Positions 41,951 to 53,136 are shown, counted from the first letter of the stretch. The stretch: DNA of 53,250 nt from Clostridiales bacterium (GCA_024693345.1 JAILLB010000049.1:1-53250), one strand, 5' to 3'. The notes: a model not told the origin generated them from the letters alone. A program made the numbers and translations.

Positions 41951-42211
41951 TGTCCCATCTCCAATCATTGAATGTCTATCATAATGATACCATAACAAAT
42001 GGCCAAACAAAAGTCCAAAATATACATTATCATTGCTTAAGCAGGGATACTTTTTGTGCAAATTGTCATCATAATTATCATTCCGGTTAATATTTTATAT
42101 TTTTTGAACATTGATTTTAATTGTTACGAAAATATATAATATTGGTAGACTAGGAAGAGAGGAGCGCATAAGTATTTTATGTGCTCCAATTCTATTTTCA
42201 AGGGGGATTAA

Positions 42212-42694
42212 ATGAGAAAAGTCGCAGTAATAATGGGCAGTGACAGTGATACAGAAGTGGTTAAAAAGGCTACATCCGTACTCAAAGAATTCGATGTTCC
42301 ATATGAAGCACACATCTATTCTGCACACAGGACACCTAAAGAAGCTGCAGATTTTTCAAAGAATGCTGAGAAAAACGGCTTCGGAGTAATTATCTGTGCT
42401 GCCGGAATGGCCGCACATCTTGCCGGAGCAATAGCAGCAAACACTACTTTGCCTGTTATCGGCATACCCGTATCATCGGGTGGACTTGGAGGACTTGATG
42501 CACTTTTGTCCACTGTTCAAATGCCAACTGGCATACCGGTAGCAACTGTAGCTGTTAATGGCGCTGCCAATGCTGCAATACTCAGTATTGAAATCCTTTC
42601 ACTTGAAGATGAAACTCTCAGAAAAAAACTTTCTGATTTCAGAGCATCCGGTGCTGAAAAAGTTATAGAAAAAGATAAAGCACTCAGCATTTAA
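42212..42694 (+). CDS. purE: N5-CAIR mutase
   Basis: IMGSDSD, SAHRTP, AGMAAHL, VQMPTGIPVAT. Confidence 0.97.
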   Translation: MRKVAVIMGSDSDTEVVKKATSVLKEFDVPYEAHIYSAHRTPKEAADFSKNAEKNGFGVIICAAGMAAHLAGAIAANTTLPVIGIPVSSGGLGGLDALLSTVQMPTGIPVATVAVNGAANAAILSIEILSLEDETLRKKLSDFRASGAEKVIEKDKALSI

Positions 42695-42707
42695 TCGGAG
42701 GTTTAAC

Positions 42708-42803
42708 ATGAGAAGAAGCGCTGTAAAAATCGGAATAGCATTAACCGGACAGGGAAAGAACTGCCCGGCCATAATCAGCGCAACTATAACCATAAGAATA
42801 TAA
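42708..42803 (+). CDS. Putative 31-aa leader peptide
   Basis: GGAGG RBS, ATG at 42708, MRRSAVKIGIALTGQGKNCPAIISATITIRI then TAA. Confidence 0.5.
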   Translation: MRRSAVKIGIALTGQGKNCPAIISATITIRI

Positions 42804-42805
42804 TA

Positions 42806-42838
42806 CCCGGGAATAGCCATATTCTCGGGATGTTTTTT
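42806..42838 (+). terminator. Terminator/attenuator immediately before purF
   Basis: CCCGGGAATA-gcca-TATTCTCGGG-atg-TTTTTT. Confidence 0.7.
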
Positions 42839-42849
42839 AGGAGGGAAAA

Positions 42850-44265
42850 ATGGGAGGCTTATTTGGTGCAGTTTCTAAAAGAGACGTAGTTAGTGATGTG
42901 TTCTTTGGAACGGATTATCATTCACATCTCGGAACCCACAGAGGTGGAATGGCGTGCTGGAATGAAGAAGATGGTTTTGAAAGGGATATTCACAATATTG
43001 AAACATCACCGTTCAGAACAAAATTTGCCAACATTTTGAATGAGATGAGAGGCAAATCCTGCATAGGATGTATAAGCGATTCTGAACCTCAACCTGTAAT
43101 TGTCAAATCAAAAATCGGTACGTTTGCATGCATTACTGTTGGGTATGTTTACAATGCTGAAGAACTCATAAACAAATATCTTGATGAAACAAGAGGACAT
43201 TTTGATACTCTGAGCGGAAGCAAAGTCAATGAAACCGAACTTGTCGCAGCAATGATTTGTGAAAAGGAAGATTTTGTTTCCGGAATCAAGTATGTTCACG
43301 ATACCATTAAAGGCTCATGTACAATTCTTCTGTTGGTTGAGGGTGGTGCACTGATTGCTGCCAGAGATAAATATGGAAGATTGCCCCTGAATATCGGTTG
43401 CGATGCAGATGGACACTGTGTTTCACTTGAGTCTTTTGCAATGATGAAACTGGGTTATTCTATGGAAAGAGAGCTTGGACCGGGTGAAATATGCAGAATA
43501 ACAAGTGAGGGTGTGGAAACTTTTGCTAAGCCCGGAAAAAAGAAGAAAGTATGTTCGTTTATGTGGACATATTATGGATATCCGACTGCAGAATATGAGG
43601 GAGTCAATGTTGAAATATCCAGAAACCGCGGCGGTGAGATTATGGCTCAGCGCGATGGAAATATAGGCGTTGATACCGTTTCCGGTGTTCCTGATTCCGG
43701 ACTCGCATATGCAATAGGTTACTCCAATAAATCCAAAATACCATATGCCAGACCATTCATAAAATATACACCAACGTGGCCCAGATCATTTATGCCTGCC
43801 ACGAAAAAGGATAGCGACAGGATAGCAAGAATGAAACAGGTACCTGTCACAGATTTGATCAAAGGAAGAAAACTTCTTTTCATTGATGATAGTATTGTTC
43901 GTGGAACCCAGCTCAGAGAAACTGTTGACTTTCTTTACTCCAACGGAGCAAAAGAGGTTCACATGAGAGCTGCTTGTCCTCCTGTTATGTTCGCTTGTAA
44001 ATATCTCCAGTTTACAAGATCAACACCGAACAACGAATTGCTGGCGAGAAAAGTTATATACGAACTTGAGGGCGAAGAAGGAGAAAAGCATCTGGAAGAA
44101 TATGCAAATCCGGATACAGAGAGAGGCAAGAAACTCAGGACCACGATTGCTGAAAAATTCCACTTTTCTTCACTTGAATACCAGACACTCGATGGAGTCA
44201 AGAAATCAATCGGAATCAACCCATGTGATTTGTGTACTTATTGCTGGGACGGAAAGGAAGATTAA
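42850..44265 (+). CDS. purF: Amidophosphoribosyltransferase, variant lacking the N-terminal Cys
   Basis: [19 protein letters not shown] motif, C-terminal CTYC; begins MGGLFG. Confidence 0.93.
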   Translation: MGGLFGAVSKRDVVSDVFFGTDYHSHLGTHRGGMACWNEEDGFERDIHNIETSPFRTKFANILNEMRGKSCIGCISDSEPQPVIVKSKIGTFACITVGYVYNAEELINKYLDETRGHFDTLSGSKVNETELVAAMICEKEDFVSGIKYVHDTIKGSCTILLLVEGGALIAARDKYGRLPLNIGCDADGHCVSLESFAMMKLGYSMERELGPGEICRITSEGVETFAKPGKKKKVCSFMWTYYGYPTAEYEGVNVEISRNRGGEIMAQRDGNIGVDTVSGVPDSGLAYAIGYSNKSKIPYARPFIKYTPTWPRSFMPATKKDSDRIARMKQVPVTDLIKGRKLLFIDDSIVRGTQLRETVDFLYSNGAKEVHMRAACPPVMFACKYLQFTRSTPNNELLARKVIYELEGEEGEKHLEEYANPDTERGKKLRTTIAEKFHFSSLEYQTLDGVKKSIGINPCDLCTYCWDGKED

Positions 44266-44267
44266 AC

Positions 44268-45314
44268 ATGTCGAAAGAGATTTCAAAATCCGAAAGCTAC
44301 GCGGCAGCCGGTGTGGATATAACGGCAGGATACAAAGCCGTTGAACTGATGAAAAAACACATAGCCAGAACAATGACAAGTGAAGTGTGCTCTGGTATTG
44401 GTGGATTCGGAGGTCTTTACGCACCCAATCTCGTTGGCATGAAAGAACCTGTTCTTGTTTCAGGTACCGACGGAGTTGGTACAAAACTCAAAATTGCATT
44501 TGAAATGGACAAGCACGATACGGTCGGAATAGATTGTGTGGCGATGTGCGTAAACGATGTAATCTGTTGCGGAGCAAGACCAATGTTTTTCCTTGACTAT
44601 ATTGCATGCGGAAAAAATGTACCAGAAAAGATTGCCCAGATAGTCAGCGGTGTTGCAGAAGGATGTGTTCAATCAGGTAGTGCTCTTATAGGAGGGGAAA
44701 CAGCAGAAATGCCGGGATTTTATCCAGAAAATGAATACGATCTTGCTGGTTTTTCAGTAGGCATTGTGGATAAAAGCAAGGTAATAGATAACTCAAAAAT
44801 GAAAAAGGGAGATGTTGTAATAGCACTTCCTTCATCAGGAGTTCACTCAAACGGGTTTTCACTTGTCAGAAAAGTGTTCGGAATAGGAACAAAAAAGATA
44901 GATAAACCGGTTCCAGAACTAGGCGGAAAAACACTCGGAGAAGTTCTTCTCACCCCAACAAAGATATATGTTAAACCGGTTTTGGCGTTATTGGACAAAG
45001 TAACTGTAAAAGGGATTTCTCATATTACAGGCGGAGGATTCTACGAAAACATACCAAGATCTGTTCCGGATGGGCTTTGTGCAAAGATAGATAAGAAAGC
45101 CGTTGAGATTCTTCCAATATTCAATCTAATCCAAAAGGAAGGAAAGATTGATGAGAGAGATATGTTCAATACATTCAACATGGGTGTAGGGATGGACATA
45201 ATTGTCAGAAAAGAAGATGCCCCAAAAGCGGTTGATATTCTCAAGGAAAATGGTGAAAACGCATACATAATCGGAGAAATAACTGAATCCGAAGACAAGG
45301 TACAAATATGCTGA
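44268..45314 (+). CDS. purM: AIR synthetase
   Basis: [36 protein letters not shown]. Confidence 0.98.
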   Translation: MSKEISKSESYAAAGVDITAGYKAVELMKKHIARTMTSEVCSGIGGFGGLYAPNLVGMKEPVLVSGTDGVGTKLKIAFEMDKHDTVGIDCVAMCVNDVICCGARPMFFLDYIACGKNVPEKIAQIVSGVAEGCVQSGSALIGGETAEMPGFYPENEYDLAGFSVGIVDKSKVIDNSKMKKGDVVIALPSSGVHSNGFSLVRKVFGIGTKKIDKPVPELGGKTLGEVLLTPTKIYVKPVLALLDKVTVKGISHITGGGFYENIPRSVPDGLCAKIDKKAVEILPIFNLIQKEGKIDERDMFNTFNMGVGMDIIVRKEDAPKAVDILKENGENAYIIGEITESEDKVQIC

Positions 45315-45913
45315 AAGTTAAAATTGCTGTGTTTGTTTCAGGAGGCGGAACAAATCTTCAGGCATTGATTGATGCCCAAAAAGCGGGAATTATAGAAAGC
45401 GGAGAAATAAAACTTGTTGTTTCGTCTAATCCTGAAGCTTATGCTCTGACACGTGCAGAAAATGCAGGTATAAAGACAGTCATATGTTCGAGAAAAGAGC
45501 TCGGAGATGAATTTGAAGAGAAAATAAATGAGGCGCTTGTTGAGAATGGAATAGAACTCATAGTTCTTGCCGGTTTTATGTCCATTCTTTCGCCCGGTTT
45601 CACAAAAAAACACGAAAACAGGATAATTAATGTTCATCCGGCTTTGATTCCGTCATTCTGCGGAAAAGGTTTTTATGGACTCAAAGTTCATGAAGCCGCA
45701 CTTGAATATGGTGTAAAGGTCACCGGAGCAACGGTTCATTATGTAAACGAGGTGCCCGACGGAGGTAGAATTATAATGCAGAAAGCTGTCGAAGTTAAAG
45801 AAGGAGATACTCCCGAAGTTCTACAGAAAAGAGTTATGGAAGAGGCGGAATGGAAGATTCTGCCAAAGGCAACCGAACTTGTATGTAAAAAGATAATTGA
45901 TGAAAGGAAATAG
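45308..45913 (+). CDS. purN: GAR formyltransferase
   Basis: [25 protein letters not shown]. Confidence 0.97.
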   Translation: MLKVKIAVFVSGGGTNLQALIDAQKAGIIESGEIKLVVSSNPEAYALTRAENAGIKTVICSRKELGDEFEEKINEALVENGIELIVLAGFMSILSPGFTKKHENRIINVHPALIPSFCGKGFYGLKVHEAALEYGVKVTGATVHYVNEVPDGGRIIMQKAVEVKEGDTPEVLQKRVMEEAEWKILPKATELVCKKIIDERK

Positions 45914-45917
45914 GGTT

Positions 45918-46640
45918 ATGGATTGCTACGAAACAAAGACTTTTGACTCCCGGGTCAAAGGCAACTCATATGTCGGAAGAGGAATTGTGGTCGGAACATC
46001 ACCGAGCGGAGAATATGCTGTTTTCGCATATTTCATAATGGGAAGAAGCAACAACAGCAGAAACAGAGTGTTTGTCAAGGAAGGAAAGAACATCACAATT
46101 TATCCTTTCGATCCTTCAAAGGTTGATGATCCGTCTCTCATCATTTATTCTCCAATAAGAGAAATAGGAAACAGCATTATTGTCACAAACGGAGATCAGA
46201 CTGACACTATATATGATTTCATCAAAGATGGAAAGACGTTTGAAGAGGCTCTCGATACGAGAACATTTGAGCCAGATGAGCCAAACTTCACTCCGAGAAT
46301 CAGCGCAATTCTGAATTTAGGTGAAAAGTACACATATAAGATGAATATACTGAAGAGCATAGACAAAGATGGAAGCGACTGTCAGAGATTTACATATTCC
46401 TATCCTTCAGTTAAAGGACTAGGACATTTTATCCATACATACCAAGGTGATGGAAAACCACTTCCGACGTTCTTCGGTGAATGCGAGAGAGTTGAGATAC
46501 CGGAAGATATAGATGAATTCACAAAGACAATATGGAACTCACTTGACGAAGACAACAAGATATCTCTTTGCGTGAGATACATCTCACTGAAAGACAGAAC
46601 CGAAAGAGAAGTAATTATCAACAAAAATCAGGAGGCGTAA
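45918..46640 (+). CDS. PurO-like IMP cyclohydrolase
   Basis: YVGRGIVVG, YFIMGRS, TNGDQTD, EPDEPNFTPRI; position in the pur operon. Confidence 0.85.
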   Translation: MDCYETKTFDSRVKGNSYVGRGIVVGTSPSGEYAVFAYFIMGRSNNSRNRVFVKEGKNITIYPFDPSKVDDPSLIIYSPIREIGNSIIVTNGDQTDTIYDFIKDGKTFEEALDTRTFEPDEPNFTPRISAILNLGEKYTYKMNILKSIDKDGSDCQRFTYSYPSVKGLGHFIHTYQGDGKPLPTFFGECERVEIPEDIDEFTKTIWNSLDEDNKISLCVRYISLKDRTEREVIINKNQEA

Positions 46641-46641
46641 A

Positions 46642-47826
46642 GTGAAAGAATTTGAACTGAAATACGGATGCAATCCCAACCAGAAGCCATCAAGAATATA
46701 TATGGCCGACAGCAGAGAACTTCCCGTTGAAATACTTAACGGAAGACCAGGATACATCAATTTTCTGGATGCATTCAACAGCTGGCAGCTTGTTAAGGAA
46801 TTGAAAGAAGCTACGGGAAAAGAATGCGCAACCTCATTCAAACATGTCAGCCCTACATCAGCTGCTATTGGCAAACAGCTGAGTGCGGAATTAAAAAAGG
46901 CTTGTTTTGTTGATGATATTGAAGGACTTGACGATTCTCCTCTGGCCTGTGCATATGCAAGGGCAAGAGGCACTGACAGAATGTCTTCATACGGAGACTG
47001 GATTGCGCTCTCGGGCGAATGTGATGAAACGACAGCAAAGCTGATTCAGAGAGAAGTATCTGACGGTGTCATTGCACCGAGTTATTCTGAAGCTGCACTG
47101 GAAATACTCAGAACAAAGAGAAAAGGAACCTATAACGTCGTAAAAATCGACCCTTCATACGTGCCAGAAACTCAGGAGAGAAAACAGGTGTTTGGAGTAA
47201 CATTTGAACAGGGAAGAAACAATATAAAGATAGACAAGTCACTTCTGGAAAATATTGTGACCGAAAACAAAGTTCTCACTCCTGATGCTATAAATGATCT
47301 CATCATATCACTGATTACACTTAAGTACACACAATCAAATTCAGTTTGTTACGCGTTTGATGGACAGGCAATAGGCGTAGGTGCAGGTCAGCAGTCAAGA
47401 ATCCACTGTACAAGACTTGCAGGAAGCAAAGCGGATACATGGAACCTCAGAAGAAGCCCGAAGGTAATGGTGCTTCCATTCCTTGACGAGATGAAGAGAG
47501 CCGAAAGAGACAACGTAATCGACGGATATATAAACGGAAATGAAGAAGATGTATGTGCAGACGGAATCTGGCAGAAATATTTCAAAAAACAGCCCGAAAG
47601 ACTTACAGAAAAAGATAAGGAAGATTACCTGTCATCGCTATCAGGAATTTCTCTCGGTTCAGATGCATTCTTCCCGTTTGACGATAACATCAAGAGAGCA
47701 AAAAAGAGCGGCGTTTCCTATATTGCCGAGCCTGGTGGCTCCATAAGGGATGACGTAGTAATAGAAAGAGCAAATGAATATGGCATGGTGATGGCATTTA
47801 CTGGAACGAGGTTATTTCATCACTGA
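46642..47826 (+). CDS. Stand-alone AICAR formyltransferase (PurH C-terminal domain only)
   Basis: LKYGCNPNQ, SFKHVSP, GAGQQSR, SDAFFPF, RLFHH; no IMPCH domain. Confidence 0.92.
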   Translation: MKEFELKYGCNPNQKPSRIYMADSRELPVEILNGRPGYINFLDAFNSWQLVKELKEATGKECATSFKHVSPTSAAIGKQLSAELKKACFVDDIEGLDDSPLACAYARARGTDRMSSYGDWIALSGECDETTAKLIQREVSDGVIAPSYSEAALEILRTKRKGTYNVVKIDPSYVPETQERKQVFGVTFEQGRNNIKIDKSLLENIVTENKVLTPDAINDLIISLITLKYTQSNSVCYAFDGQAIGVGAGQQSRIHCTRLAGSKADTWNLRRSPKVMVLPFLDEMKRAERDNVIDGYINGNEEDVCADGIWQKYFKKQPERLTEKDKEDYLSSLSGISLGSDAFFPFDDNIKRAKKSGVSYIAEPGGSIRDDVVIERANEYGMVMAFTGTRLFHH

Positions 47827-47842
47827 TAAATAGGGGTTCAAA

Positions 47843-49117
47843 ATGAAGATAATGGTAATAGGCGGAGGCGGCCGCGAACACGCAATCATAAAAAAAATCA
47901 GACAGGGAAAAGGTGAACATGAGATTTACTGTCTTCCCGGAAATGCAGGAATGGCTGGAGAAGCAACATGCATTGATATCAAGGCAAAAGAGATAGATAA
48001 AATAGTGGAATTTGCCAGGGAAAACGGAATTGAATATGCAATAGTGGCTCAGGATGATCCGCTCGCACTCGGATGTGTTGACAGACTGAATGAGGTAGGA
48101 GTACCTTGTTTCGGACCAACTGCAAAAGCTGCTGAAATAGAATCAAGCAAAGTCTTTGCAAAGAATCTCATGAAAAAATATGGTATTCCGACATCAGAGT
48201 ATGAAGTGTTTGATAACTCCAAAAAGGCATTGAAATACGTAAAAACAGCCAAGTATCCTATTGTCATCAAGGCAGATGGTCTTGCACTCGGAAAAGGTGT
48301 GACAATAGCACAAAACGAAAAAGAAGCTGTTGATGCTATAGTGTCAGTAATGGAGACAAAGGTCTTTGGTGAATCAGGAAATAAAGTAGTTATCGAAGAA
48401 TTCATGGAAGGTCCCGAAGTGTCTGTATTGTCATTCTGTGACGGAAAGACAATTGTTCCGATGGTTTCTTCAATGGATCACAAGAGAGCATATGACGGAG
48501 ACAATGGTCCTAATACAGGAGGCATGGGAACAATTGCGCCAAATCCGTTCTACACTCCAGAAGTTCAGAGAGAGTGCGAAGAAAAGATTATTAAGCCTAC
48601 AGTTGAAGCCATGAGAAAAGAGGGAAGACCGTTCAAAGGCTGTTTATATTTTGGACTGATGGTAACAAAGGATGGTCCGAAAGTTGTCGAATACAACTGC
48701 AGATTCGGAGATCCAGAAACGCAAGTTGTTCTACCTCTTCTTGAGAGTGATTTGCTCGAAATAATGCTGGCGACCACTAACGGAACACTTGACAAAACAG
48801 AAGTCAGGTTTTCAAACAAATCTGCATGTTGTGTGGTTTTGGCTTCTCAGGGTTATCCTGTTAAATACGAAAAAGGGTATTCAATTTTTGTTCCTGATGA
48901 CATAAAAGACAACGTGTATTTTGCAGGTGTGGCTTCAGACCATGGAGAGCTTGTCACCAATGGCGGCAGAGTGCTTGGTGTTACAACAGTTGCTGATGAT
49001 CTAAAATCTGCCATCAAAAAATCCTATAAGTATGCAAAGAGAATTTCTTTCAGAAAGTCTTTCATGAGAACAGACATAGGAGCAAAAGCACTCAATGCTT
49101 TGGAGAACAATCAATGA
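47843..49117 (+). CDS. purD: Phosphoribosylamine-glycine ligase
   Basis: GGGGREHA, KADGLALGKGV, PNTGGMG, RFGDPE. Confidence 0.98.
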   Translation: MKIMVIGGGGREHAIIKKIRQGKGEHEIYCLPGNAGMAGEATCIDIKAKEIDKIVEFARENGIEYAIVAQDDPLALGCVDRLNEVGVPCFGPTAKAAEIESSKVFAKNLMKKYGIPTSEYEVFDNSKKALKYVKTAKYPIVIKADGLALGKGVTIAQNEKEAVDAIVSVMETKVFGESGNKVVIEEFMEGPEVSVLSFCDGKTIVPMVSSMDHKRAYDGDNGPNTGGMGTIAPNPFYTPEVQRECEEKIIKPTVEAMRKEGRPFKGCLYFGLMVTKDGPKVVEYNCRFGDPETQVVLPLLESDLLEIMLATTNGTLDKTEVRFSNKSACCVVLASQGYPVKYEKGYSIFVPDDIKDNVYFAGVASDHGELVTNGGRVLGVTTVADDLKSAIKKSYKYAKRISFRKSFMRTDIGAKALNALENNQ

Positions 49118-52100
49118 TATACAGAATTTTTGTTGAAAAGAGAAAAGAACTTGCAACGGAAGCAAAAGCTCTCGCTGCTGATTTGCGCTCTTTTCTTGGC
49201 ATTGACGGATTGAGTGATGCAAGGATTATCAATAGGTATGATGTTGAAAATATTTCGCAAGATGTCTTTGACGAGGCAGTTAAAACAGTGTTTTCAGAGC
49301 CGCAGTGTGACATTTCGACATCAGAAATTGATTTAAATAACTCAAAATCCTTTGCGGTTGAATATCTTCCGGGCCAATTTGACGCAAGGGCTGATTCAGC
49401 TGAGCAGTGTGTTCAGATAATGTCAATGGACGAAAGGCCGATTATTCGATCTGCAAAGGTATATGCTTTTTACGGAAATATTTCTGATGAACAGCTGAAT
49501 GCCATTAAGAAGTATCTTATTAACCCTGTCGAGTCCAGAGAAGCTTCAATGGATTTGCCGGATACTCTCATCGTAGACTATCCTTATCCTGAAGATGTAA
49601 AAGTTCTCGATGGTTTCAGAAAACTCAAGGGTAATGAGATAGGTTCTTTTATAAAACAATACGGACTCGCTATGGACGAGGCGGATCTAGAGTTCTGTGT
49701 GGAGTATTTCAACAGCGAACACAGAGATCCCACAATGACTGAAATAAGAATGATTGATACTTACTGGTCAGATCACTGCAGACATACAACATTCGGAACC
49801 ATCATTGATGGTATATCTTTTGCGGATGAAAAAGTTAAAAATGCATACGACAGATATATAGGAATCCGCAAAGAACTCAACAGAACAAAGCCCATATGTC
49901 TTATGGATATGGGAACAATTGGAGCCAAATACCTCAAAAAGCAGGGCAAACTGAACAAACTTGATGAGAGTGAAGAGATCAATGCGTGCACTGTCAAAAC
50001 AGAAGTTGAGATTGACGGAAAAAAGGAGCCTTGGCTTTTACTCTTCAAAAATGAAACACATAACCACCCAACGGAAATAGAGCCGTTCGGTGGTGCAGCA
50101 ACATGTATTGGCGGTGCCATAAGAGACCCGTTGTCCGGAAGGGCATATGTCTATGGTGCAATGAGACTGACAGGTGCAGCTGATCCTTTAAAACCAATCT
50201 CTGAAACCATAAAAGGCAAACTCCCGCAGAAGAAAATTGTCACTACTGCTGCCGCAGGGTATTCTTCATATGGCAATCAGATTGGACTTGCTACCGGTAT
50301 AGTTGATGAGATATATAATCCCGGTTATGTTGCAAAACATATGGAGGTTGGTGCAGTTATAGCGGCCGCTCCGGAAAAAAACGTCAAGAGAGAAAGACCT
50401 GAAAATGGTGACGTTGTAATACTCATAGGCGGAAGAACAGGACGTGATGGTTGCGGAGGTGCAACAGGCAGTTCCAAATCACACAATCTTAGTTCACTGG
50501 CAACATGCGGAGCAGAAGTTCAAAAAGGAAATGCTCCGGAAGAGAGAAAACTGCAGAGATTCTTCAGAAATCCTGAAGCTTCCATCCTCATAAAGAGGTG
50601 TAACGATTTCGGTGCCGGAGGTGTGTCTGTTGCGGTTGGTGAACTTGCAGACGGACTTGACATCGAACTCGACAAAGTGCCAAAAAAATATGCAGGGCTT
50701 GATGGAACGGAACTTGCCATAAGCGAATCACAGGAACGTATGGCAGTTGTTGTTGAAGAAAACAGTGTTGAAAAATTCCTTAAACTTGCAGAAGAAGAAA
50801 ATATAGAAGCAACAGAGATTGCAAGGGTTACTGATACAAACAGACTTGTCATGAACTGGAGAGGAAAAACAATAGTAGACATTTCAAGGGATTTTCTGAA
50901 TTCAAATGGTGCGGAAAAACATATATGCATTGAGACTCAAAAATCCGAAATGGTTACTAACACAGCCACAGGCGACTTTGCTAAGGATATAAAAGCTTTG
51001 GCAACAGATATTAACATCTGTTCCAAGAGAGGTCTGGCAGAGCGTTTTGACTCAACAATCGGAGCCGGAACTGTTGTGATGCCGTTTGGAGGCAAATATC
51101 AGCTGACACCATCCCAGACAATGGTTCAGAAACTTCCCGTAATGCACGGAGAAACAAATGACTGTTCACTCATGTCATGGGGGTTTGATGTCAAACTCAG
51201 TGAAAAAGATCCGTTCAGTGGAGCATACATTGCAGTTGTTGAGTCGCTCAGCAAACTAGTTGCATCAGGCGCAGAATACAAAGACATTTATCTGTCCTTC
51301 CAGGAATATTTCAAAAAGCCCGGAAATGAAGGCGAGAGATGGGGACAGCCTCTTGAGGCAGTTCTCGGTGCCCTCATGGCCCAGGTAGATTTTGAGGTTG
51401 CTGCAATAGGCGGAAAAGACTCAATGAGTGGAAGCTTTGAAGACATAAATGTTCCTCCTACACTTATTTCGTTTGCCGTAACTCAGTCCAAGACAGATAA
51501 TGTCATCACGAATGAGTTTAAAAACAGCGGTAATTACCTGTATCTCTTCAAACCTAAAGTAACAGAAATAGGCCTTCCGAAATCTGACAGCCTCATACCC
51601 ATTTATGGTGAGGTAAACAAGCTGTTCAAAAATAAAAAAGCCGTATCCGGTTACGCTGTAACAAGAGGCGGCATTGCTGAAGCAGTCATGAAAATGTCTT
51701 TCGGAAACGGAATAGGCTTTTCTTTTGAAAAAGGATTAAATGAAGAAGAGCTGTTCGAATCAGGTTGCGGAGCTATACTTGTTGAGACAACATGTGAAAT
51801 CGAAGGTGCAACCCTTGTCGGAAGAACAACTGATGATGGAACAATTAAATATGATGAGTCATCAGTAAGCCTGGAAGAATTATGCGGAGAATGGGAAGAC
51901 AAACTTGAACCCGTATACGCATGTAATCTCAAAAACGATTTGGACAAGCCCGAAACAGTCACATCATACAATAAATCTGTCTCAGCGCCTATGGTCAAAA
52001 AGTCAGTACCGAAAGTTGCTATACCTGCTTTCCCTGGAACAAACTGCGAATATGACACGGCAAGAGCATTCGAAAGAGCGGGCGCAGAACCTGTTATTTA

Positions 52101-52800
52101 CGTTGTTAAGAATCTCACAGCAGACAACATTAAGAAATCCGCAGAAGAATTTTCAAACATTGTCAGAGATTCACAGATGATATTCATTCCGGGAGGCTTC
52201 TCCGGGGGAGATGAGCCTGATGGTTCAGGCAAGTTCATCTGTTCATTCTTCAGAGCTCCCGAAGTCAAAGAAGTAACAATGAAACTCCTTGACGAAGGCG
52301 GACTTATGGCGGGAATCTGCAACGGATTCCAGGCCCTTGTAAAACTCGGTCTTGTCCCGTACGGAAAGATAATAGACGCTGATGAGAATTGTCCGACACT
52401 TACATACAACATAATTGGCAGACACCAGTCCAGAATCGTGAGAACAAGAGTTGCATCATCCATGTCGCCATGGCTGTCCATGACAAAGCCCGGTGAAGTG
52501 TACAGCGTACCGATTTCACACGGCGAAGGAAGATTTGTATGCTCTGAAAAAGTGTACGACGAACTCAAGGAAAACGGACAGATTGCAACTCAGTATGTTG
52601 ACTTTAATGATGAAGCTACATACGACATCCACTTCAATCCAAACGGCTCATTTATGGGAATTGAAGGAATTACGTCAAAAGACGGAAGAATCCTCGGAAA
52701 GATGGGACATTCGGAAAGAATCGGACAAGGTCTGTATAAGAATGTCGATGGCAACTACGACATCAAGATGTTTGAGTCTGCAGTCAGATACTTCAAATAG
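49114..52800 (+). CDS. purL: Large fused FGAM synthase
   Basis: WSDHCRH, ETHNHPT, DFGAGG, PGGFSGGD, GICNGFQ, MGHSER. Confidence 0.98.
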   Translation: MIYRIFVEKRKELATEAKALAADLRSFLGIDGLSDARIINRYDVENISQDVFDEAVKTVFSEPQCDISTSEIDLNNSKSFAVEYLPGQFDARADSAEQCVQIMSMDERPIIRSAKVYAFYGNISDEQLNAIKKYLINPVESREASMDLPDTLIVDYPYPEDVKVLDGFRKLKGNEIGSFIKQYGLAMDEADLEFCVEYFNSEHRDPTMTEIRMIDTYWSDHCRHTTFGTIIDGISFADEKVKNAYDRYIGIRKELNRTKPICLMDMGTIGAKYLKKQGKLNKLDESEEINACTVKTEVEIDGKKEPWLLLFKNETHNHPTEIEPFGGAATCIGGAIRDPLSGRAYVYGAMRLTGAADPLKPISETIKGKLPQKKIVTTAAAGYSSYGNQIGLATGIVDEIYNPGYVAKHMEVGAVIAAAPEKNVKRERPENGDVVILIGGRTGRDGCGGATGSSKSHNLSSLATCGAEVQKGNAPEERKLQRFFRNPEASILIKRCNDFGAGGVSVAVGELADGLDIELDKVPKKYAGLDGTELAISESQERMAVVVEENSVEKFLKLAEEENIEATEIARVTDTNRLVMNWRGKTIVDISRDFLNSNGAEKHICIETQKSEMVTNTATGDFAKDIKALATDINICSKRGLAERFDSTIGAGTVVMPFGGKYQLTPSQTMVQKLPVMHGETNDCSLMSWGFDVKLSEKDPFSGAYIAVVESLSKLVASGAEYKDIYLSFQEYFKKPGNEGERWGQPLEAVLGALMAQVDFEVAAIGGKDSMSGSFEDINVPPTLISFAVTQSKTDNVITNEFKNSGNYLYLFKPKVTEIGLPKSDSLIPIYGEVNKLFKNKKAVSGYAVTRGGIAEAVMKMSFGNGIGFSFEKGLNEEELFESGCGAILVETTCEIEGATLVGRTTDDGTIKYDESSVSLEELCGEWEDKLEPVYACNLKNDLDKPETVTSYNKSVSAPMVKKSVPKVAIPAFPGTNCEYDTARAFERAGAEPVIYVVKNLTADNIKKSAEEFSNIVRDSQMIFIPGGFSGGDEPDGSGKFICSFFRAPEVKEVTMKLLDEGGLMAGICNGFQALVKLGLVPYGKIIDADENCPTLTYNIIGRHQSRIVRTRVASSMSPWLSMTKPGEVYSVPISHGEGRFVCSEKVYDELKENGQIATQYVDFNDEATYDIHFNPNGSFMGIEGITSKDGRILGKMGHSERIGQGLYKNVDGNYDIKMFESAVRYFK

Positions 52801-52896
52801 ATACCACTCAATGATCCAACATCAAAATGATCATGTTTTGTAAGATAGATTCAACAAATATTGCGAATTATTAATGAGAAAGAGAGATTACATATA

Positions 52897-53136
52897 ATGA
52901 AAAAGTGGGTCTTGTCTATAGGTTTTTCGATAATCTTTTTAACATTCGCGGTAACAATAGTGTTTTTGATTCTAGATATTGCAAATGAATCGTACGATTG
53001 GTTCGACAAAGTTCTCATTGTTCCAGGATATTTGGCATTGATATTTCCTATTGTTTTGGAAGAGTTAGTTCTATTAGAAACTTGTACAAAATTATTTGTT
53101 TCAATCCTCGTTTATGCTTGCCGGGAACACCCGTGA
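52897..53136 (+). pseudogene. Short membrane protein, probably truncated by an IS remnant
   Basis: MKKWVLSIGF with two hydrophobic helices; the last codons run into an IS200/IS605-like end sequence. Confidence 0.45.
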
